DNA of 32,000 nt from positions 7,885 through 39,884 of the forward strand of contig JAQVDW010000017.1 of NCBI GenBank assembly GCA_028698185.1, in the 5' to 3' direction. The notes under the pieces are model-generated. The model was not told the DNA's origin, made no database searches, and worked only from the letters and a program-made list of their open reading frames with translations. Below are positions 28,739 to 32,000 of the stretch, piece by piece. The position numbers and the translations under genes were made by a program. How positions within the stretch are numbered: the first letter of the stretch is position 1; each line of letters begins with the position of its first letter. The stretch is from Erysipelotrichaceae bacterium. Lineage in GTDB: Bacteria; Bacillota_I; Bacilli_A; Erysipelotrichales; Coprobacillaceae.

Positions 28739-29245
28739 ATGGAAGACAGACAAGGCATCAGAACGGTCATAATCGAATATTTGCGGGTCATAATTATAAC
28801 GGTCGTGTGTGCGTTTATTGTGCTGCAGTTCGTCCAGATATCGCGGGTCAACGGCACTTCGATGGTTCCGACCTATCATGACGGGGATATTATTTTGGTG
28901 AACAAGTATTTCTATCATCATGAAAACAACCCCCAAAGGGGCCAGATAGTTATTACCGAATATGATTCATCGACAATAAGCGACCGTTACATCATCAAGC
29001 GGATAATCGGAATTGGTGGCGACCATGTTGTGATTGCCGACAATGAACTTTATGTCAATGGCCAGCTCCAGAATGAAACATATATCAATGAACAGATGGA
29101 TACTGAAGACTTGGATATCTATGTTCCCGAGGGTAAGATTTTCGTAATGGGAGACAACCGCAACAATTCCCTTGACTCGCGGATAATCGGATATATCGAC
29201 TTCGAAACCCAGGTTGTCGGCAAAGTGGTTTTTACGATTTTGTAA
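28739..29245 (+). CDS. lepB: Signal peptidase I
   Basis: N-terminal TM, GTSMVPT (Ser), IKRIIGIGGD (Lys), GDNRNNSLDSR. I chose ATG 28739, 6 nt after aaaggag. The alternative is TTG 28733. Confidence 0.88.
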   Translation: MEDRQGIRTVIIEYLRVIIITVVCAFIVLQFVQISRVNGTSMVPTYHDGDIILVNKYFYHHENNPQRGQIVITEYDSSTISDRYIIKRIIGIGGDHVVIADNELYVNGQLQNETYINEQMDTEDLDIYVPEGKIFVMGDNRNNSLDSRIIGYIDFETQVVGKVVFTIL

Positions 29246-29300
29246 GAAATTTGCACTTTTCGTAAATTATTGAAATATTTTAATGATTATTTGATTTTCC

Positions 29301-29328
29301 TTGAAATAATTACTCAGTGTGATACAAT
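29301..29328 (+). promoter_or_regulatory. Promoter of the PEPCK-like gene (TTGAAA-16-TGaTACAAT)
   Basis: -35 at 29301-29306, TG-extended -10 at 29323-29328, then a leader with aaaggaaagggtg before ATG 29360. Confidence 0.5.
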
Positions 29329-29359
29329 TAAACAAATTTTAAAGGAAAGGGTGTAAAAA

Positions 29360-31123
29360 ATGGGTTATAAATTTAAGATTACCAGGGGGAATGCGATACT
29401 GAACTTCTCTGAAGAGTATTGTCGTTCTCGCAGTGAAATTGTCGAAAGCGAGTCGTTCTTCCGTGTGATAAAGGGCTTTGTCAAGGATTGCAAACGGAAA
29501 GAAAATACGATTTATACATACTTGAAAGTTGTAAGTGAAGATTCTAATATCCTGGCTTGGGATTTGCAAGTGGCAATCAAACTGTTGCTGGTTATGTCGA
29601 CTGAAGAGGTTGTGGAAACTCATCCCCAGTTCGCGGACTATTTCCGTGATGCTCGGGAACTCAATAAGACGGTTGAAGAACTTTATCTGTTCTGGCGTCG
29701 TTTGCAACGTTATTCGGTGGTCTTCAATGATTCGACATCCAAAGGCTATCAGAATGTTCAATTTGGGGCAGCTCAAGAGAATTTCTCCCAGCTGGTATTG
29801 TCGCTTTATCGGACAATTACGGAAAAAGTCACCAAGAAGACATTGCGTGTCTATCGTCAGATCACAGCAGGGGTAAACGCAGGATTGCGGGTTACCAATA
29901 CTCGATCTTTTCTACCGTATGAATATCGCAATCTCGATGTGATTCCATTCATAGAGACTGTTGTTATTCATCCGCCTTTTATCGCATATTCCAAACGGAA
30001 TAAAAGAAGCGGAGTCTTTCCTGAAAACAGCTCAAATCCGATTGAGAACATGAAATTCGATCCGGACCAATGGTTCTGTTATCCAGCCATGGTTGGAGAT
30101 CTGCTTACATTTATCTACTTCAATGTCTCATTCATGGCTCAAGGGATTGCACTTTGCAACCTGTTTGAACTGGCAGGGGAAGAGGTGTATCGTAACCGCA
30201 AACCTGATTGTATCTATGTTTATGGATACGAGGACGGTCAAAAAAATCAGTCATTCTATCAGGATGTTGACAATGACATGATCGTTGCGGCGCTATCGGC
30301 ATCGGATGAATTCGACTACTTCGGTTATATGAAAAAGATGGTATTGACTTTACATAATGTCCGCAAGATCAACCAGAAGCAATTGCCGATTCATGGGGCG
30401 ATGGTGAATGTCACCCTTCACAATGGAGAACAGAAAAATATCGTAGTAATGGGTGATAGCGGTGCTGGTAAATCGGAAACCATTGAACAAATCAAGGCTT
30501 TCGGTGAATCTTACATCCGGGAAATCGTTACTGTATATGACGATATGGGACTGTTGAGTTTTGATGAACAGGGGAAAATCGTGTCATCAGGTACTGAAAT
30601 CGGCGCATTCGTCCGACTCGATGACCTGGATGCCGGATATTCGTTCAAGGAACTGGACCGGTCGGTATTCATGAATCCAGACCAGATCAACGCCCGGATC
30701 ATCATTCCGATTACCGACTATGAAGATGTCATCGCCAAGCATCATGTCGACTACTTCTTCTATGCAAACAACTATGAAGCGGATGGACCGGAGATCGAGT
30801 TTTTCTCAAACAAGGCCGAAGCCCTTGACACTTTCAGGGACGGAGCTAGAATGGCTAAAGGTACGACCACTGAAATGGGAATTGTGAAATCATATTTTGC
30901 CAATCCTTTTGGACCTGTCCAGCTTGAAAGCCAATGCGAAGTGTTGTTGAACCGGTACTTTGACCAATTGTTTGAACAAGGAATAAAAGTTGGTCAATTG
31001 CGTACCCGTTTGGGAATCAAAGGCAATGAACACACCGGTCCTAAGGCGGTTGCCATTGCATTGTTGAAACTTATTACCGGTGAAAAAAATCTTAAAGAAT
31101 TGCCGGAATTGGATGAAATTTAA
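29360..31123 (+). CDS. Uncharacterised PEP-carboxykinase(ATP)/HPr-kinase-superfamily P-loop protein
   Basis: 587 aa. YFGYMKKM (30329-30337), PIHGAMVN (His345, 30392-30394), P-loop VVMGDSGAGKSET (30452-30478), VYDDMG (30539-30544), NARIIIP (Arg446, 30695-30697). The tail ...FANPFGP...LLNRYFDQL...G parallels PckA GGEMKK / MHCSAN / GLSGTGKTT / GDDEHG / NTRxxYP / ...F..PF.... I recognise nothing in residues 1-320. Confidence 0.6.
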   Translation: MGYKFKITRGNAILNFSEEYCRSRSEIVESESFFRVIKGFVKDCKRKENTIYTYLKVVSEDSNILAWDLQVAIKLLLVMSTEEVVETHPQFADYFRDARELNKTVEELYLFWRRLQRYSVVFNDSTSKGYQNVQFGAAQENFSQLVLSLYRTITEKVTKKTLRVYRQITAGVNAGLRVTNTRSFLPYEYRNLDVIPFIETVVIHPPFIAYSKRNKRSGVFPENSSNPIENMKFDPDQWFCYPAMVGDLLTFIYFNVSFMAQGIALCNLFELAGEEVYRNRKPDCIYVYGYEDGQKNQSFYQDVDNDMIVAALSASDEFDYFGYMKKMVLTLHNVRKINQKQLPIHGAMVNVTLHNGEQKNIVVMGDSGAGKSETIEQIKAFGESYIREIVTVYDDMGLLSFDEQGKIVSSGTEIGAFVRLDDLDAGYSFKELDRSVFMNPDQINARIIIPITDYEDVIAKHHVDYFFYANNYEADGPEIEFFSNKAEALDTFRDGARMAKGTTTEMGIVKSYFANPFGPVQLESQCEVLLNRYFDQLFEQGIKVGQLRTRLGIKGNEHTGPKAVAIALLKLITGEKNLKELPELDEI

Positions 31124-31136
31124 CCAATGAATGAAC

Positions 31137-31177
31137 AAAAGACACCTGCTTGGACTTTGTGCCAAGCAGGTGTCTTT
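31137..31177. terminator. Bidirectional terminator between the PEPCK-like gene and the convergent orphan gene
   Basis: 16-bp perfect stem aaagacacctgcttgg/ccaagcaggtgtcttt with an 8-nt loop. The T tract is better on the minus-strand side (ttttgtt). Confidence 0.75.
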
Positions 31178-31189
31178 AGATATATGATT

Positions 31190-31789
31190 TCAAGCAGGGG
31201 TGTTGTCTTTAGTTTTACATGTGAATATTACCACGGCTCCAGGTATGTTATTATGGCAGACAGAAATCATAAATTTTTTAGCGTCTTCGATAATATCGGT
31301 AAAATGTTTATCTACTGATTGTTGGAATATCATGAATTGGAACTTGCACTTAACCTGGGTTTTATTTTCAATACTGTTGAATATTTTCGCCAGATCCATG
31401 ATGCAATTTCTAGAGGCAGCTTCATATGAGTCTTCTTGAAAAACAATTAGATCGTGCTTTGTATCGAGATGGTAAAATTCAATATGATATGCCATGAACA
31501 AGGTTTTGAGACCTTGCAAAATATAAGCTGCAGCGATGTTGCGGCTAGGCTTGCGCCGGTATGCTTTGCGGATCAAAACATAAATATTGTGCTTGTGATT
31601 TCCAGTCAATACCGAACTGTTAACCGAATTTTTACCTCGGGTCGGGTAAACCAAATCATCTGTTTTCAAATCAATCTCTTCATCTTTGAATCTTGCCGTT
31701 TCTTTTTCTTCGCTTTTGAAATTTGAATCGGCCATCTTGTTTTTGTCTGTCTTTATCCATATTTGTTTCATGTAAGTTGTTTCACTCAT
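31190..31789 (-). CDS. Hypothetical protein, no recognisable family
   Basis: A 199-codon ORF in a very AT-rich stretch, where long ORFs are unlikely by chance. Lys/Glu-rich N-terminus. aaaggaga lies upstream but 13 nt from the ATG, so the start is uncertain. Confidence 0.5.
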   Translation of the reverse strand: MSETTYMKQIWIKTDKNKMADSNFKSEEKETARFKDEEIDLKTDDLVYPTRGKNSVNSSVLTGNHKHNIYVLIRKAYRRKPSRNIAAAYILQGLKTLFMAYHIEFYHLDTKHDLIVFQEDSYEAASRNCIMDLAKIFNSIENKTQVKCKFQFMIFQQSVDKHFTDIIEDAKKFMISVCHNNIPGAVVIFTCKTKDNTPA

Positions 31790-31817
31790 CGATTGTAAAC
31801 GTTCTCCTTTTGGATAT

Positions 31818-31850
31818 ATTATAACACATTAATTACATTTTATGTTATAA
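31818..31850 (-). promoter_or_regulatory. Putative promoter (TGtTATAAT) with overlapping inverted repeat upstream of the orphan gene
   Basis: Minus-strand extended -10 at 31826-31818. 8-bp inverted repeat ttataaca (31819-31826) / tgttataa (31843-31850) with a 16-nt spacer. Confidence 0.35.
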
Positions 31851-32000
31851 ACGGTTAAATTAATGACGTTTTATTATGAGGCATCGGTAGAAAGTGTGGG
31901 TTAGTTTAATCCGGGGACATGTATTTTCCTTGTTGCATATGGCATGGTAATCACACTCACCAACGAGGAGCAGATTATCATAATCATATCTATCATGTTC

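Noticed and set aside
31127-31726. Plus-strand ORFs 31127-31318, 31200-31439 and 31454-31726
   Set aside because: They are short and overlap the longer 199-codon minus-strand ORF. They have no SD, and the first one runs through the terminator hairpin.
31860-32000. Minus-strand frame open from the window edge (…GECDYHAICNKENTCPRIKLTHTFYRCLIIKRH, stop at 31860-31862)
   Set aside because: Only 46 codons are visible, with no recognisable motif. I cannot tell a real gene 3' end from chance without the sequence beyond nt 32000.
1-32000. Scan of the intergenic regions and by-eye pass over the rest of the window for CRISPR arrays, IS/transposase genes, integrases, rRNA/tRNA genes and riboswitches
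   Set aside because: I saw no spaced direct repeats, transposase or integrase motifs, or structured-RNA signatures. The longest non-coding stretch (22357-22576) is accounted for by two divergent promoters.

Overview
Standard genetic code (several genes end in TGA), about 45-50% GC. This is a densely packed, mostly housekeeping chromosomal segment of a Bacillota-type (Bacilli/Erysipelotrichia-like) bacterium. Gene order largely mirrors the Bacillus subtilis yqf region (ybeY-cdd-era-recO ... glyQS-dnaG-sigA-trmK-nif3 ... ispH-cshB-nfo ... ispG). Left to right: the acetylase-branch diaminopimelate genes (dapH 3' end, N-acetyl-DAP deacetylase, a class III aminotransferase); a C39-peptidase ABC exporter placed directly in front of ybeY-cdd-era-recO; a ygiQ radical SAM gene coupled to an alpha/beta-hydrolase-fold protein whose nucleophile serine is replaced; glyQS-dnaG-rpoD-trmK-nif3; ispH; a DEAD-box helicase and nfo; ispG-pepF-rpsT on the minus strand; a four-gene PspA membrane-stress module (pspA, SPFH/Zn-ribbon ydjI-like, Zn-ribbon membrane ydjG-like, TPM-domain ydjH-like); fmt; and an xre-M18 aminopeptidase-lepB operon. 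The window ends with a 587-aa protein whose C-terminal half keeps the catalytic motifs of ATP-dependent PEP carboxykinase/HPr-kinase P-loop enzymes but whose N-terminal 320 aa I cannot place, followed by an AT-rich stretch with an orphan 199-aa gene. I found no rRNA, tRNA, CRISPR array, IS element or long repeat. The best candidates for something undescribed are the PEPCK-like protein with its AT-rich neighbour, the orphan C39-ABC exporter embedded in a ribosome-maturation operon, and the ygiQ/pseudo-hydrolase pair. All functional calls come from motif recognition by eye, and no database search was possible.
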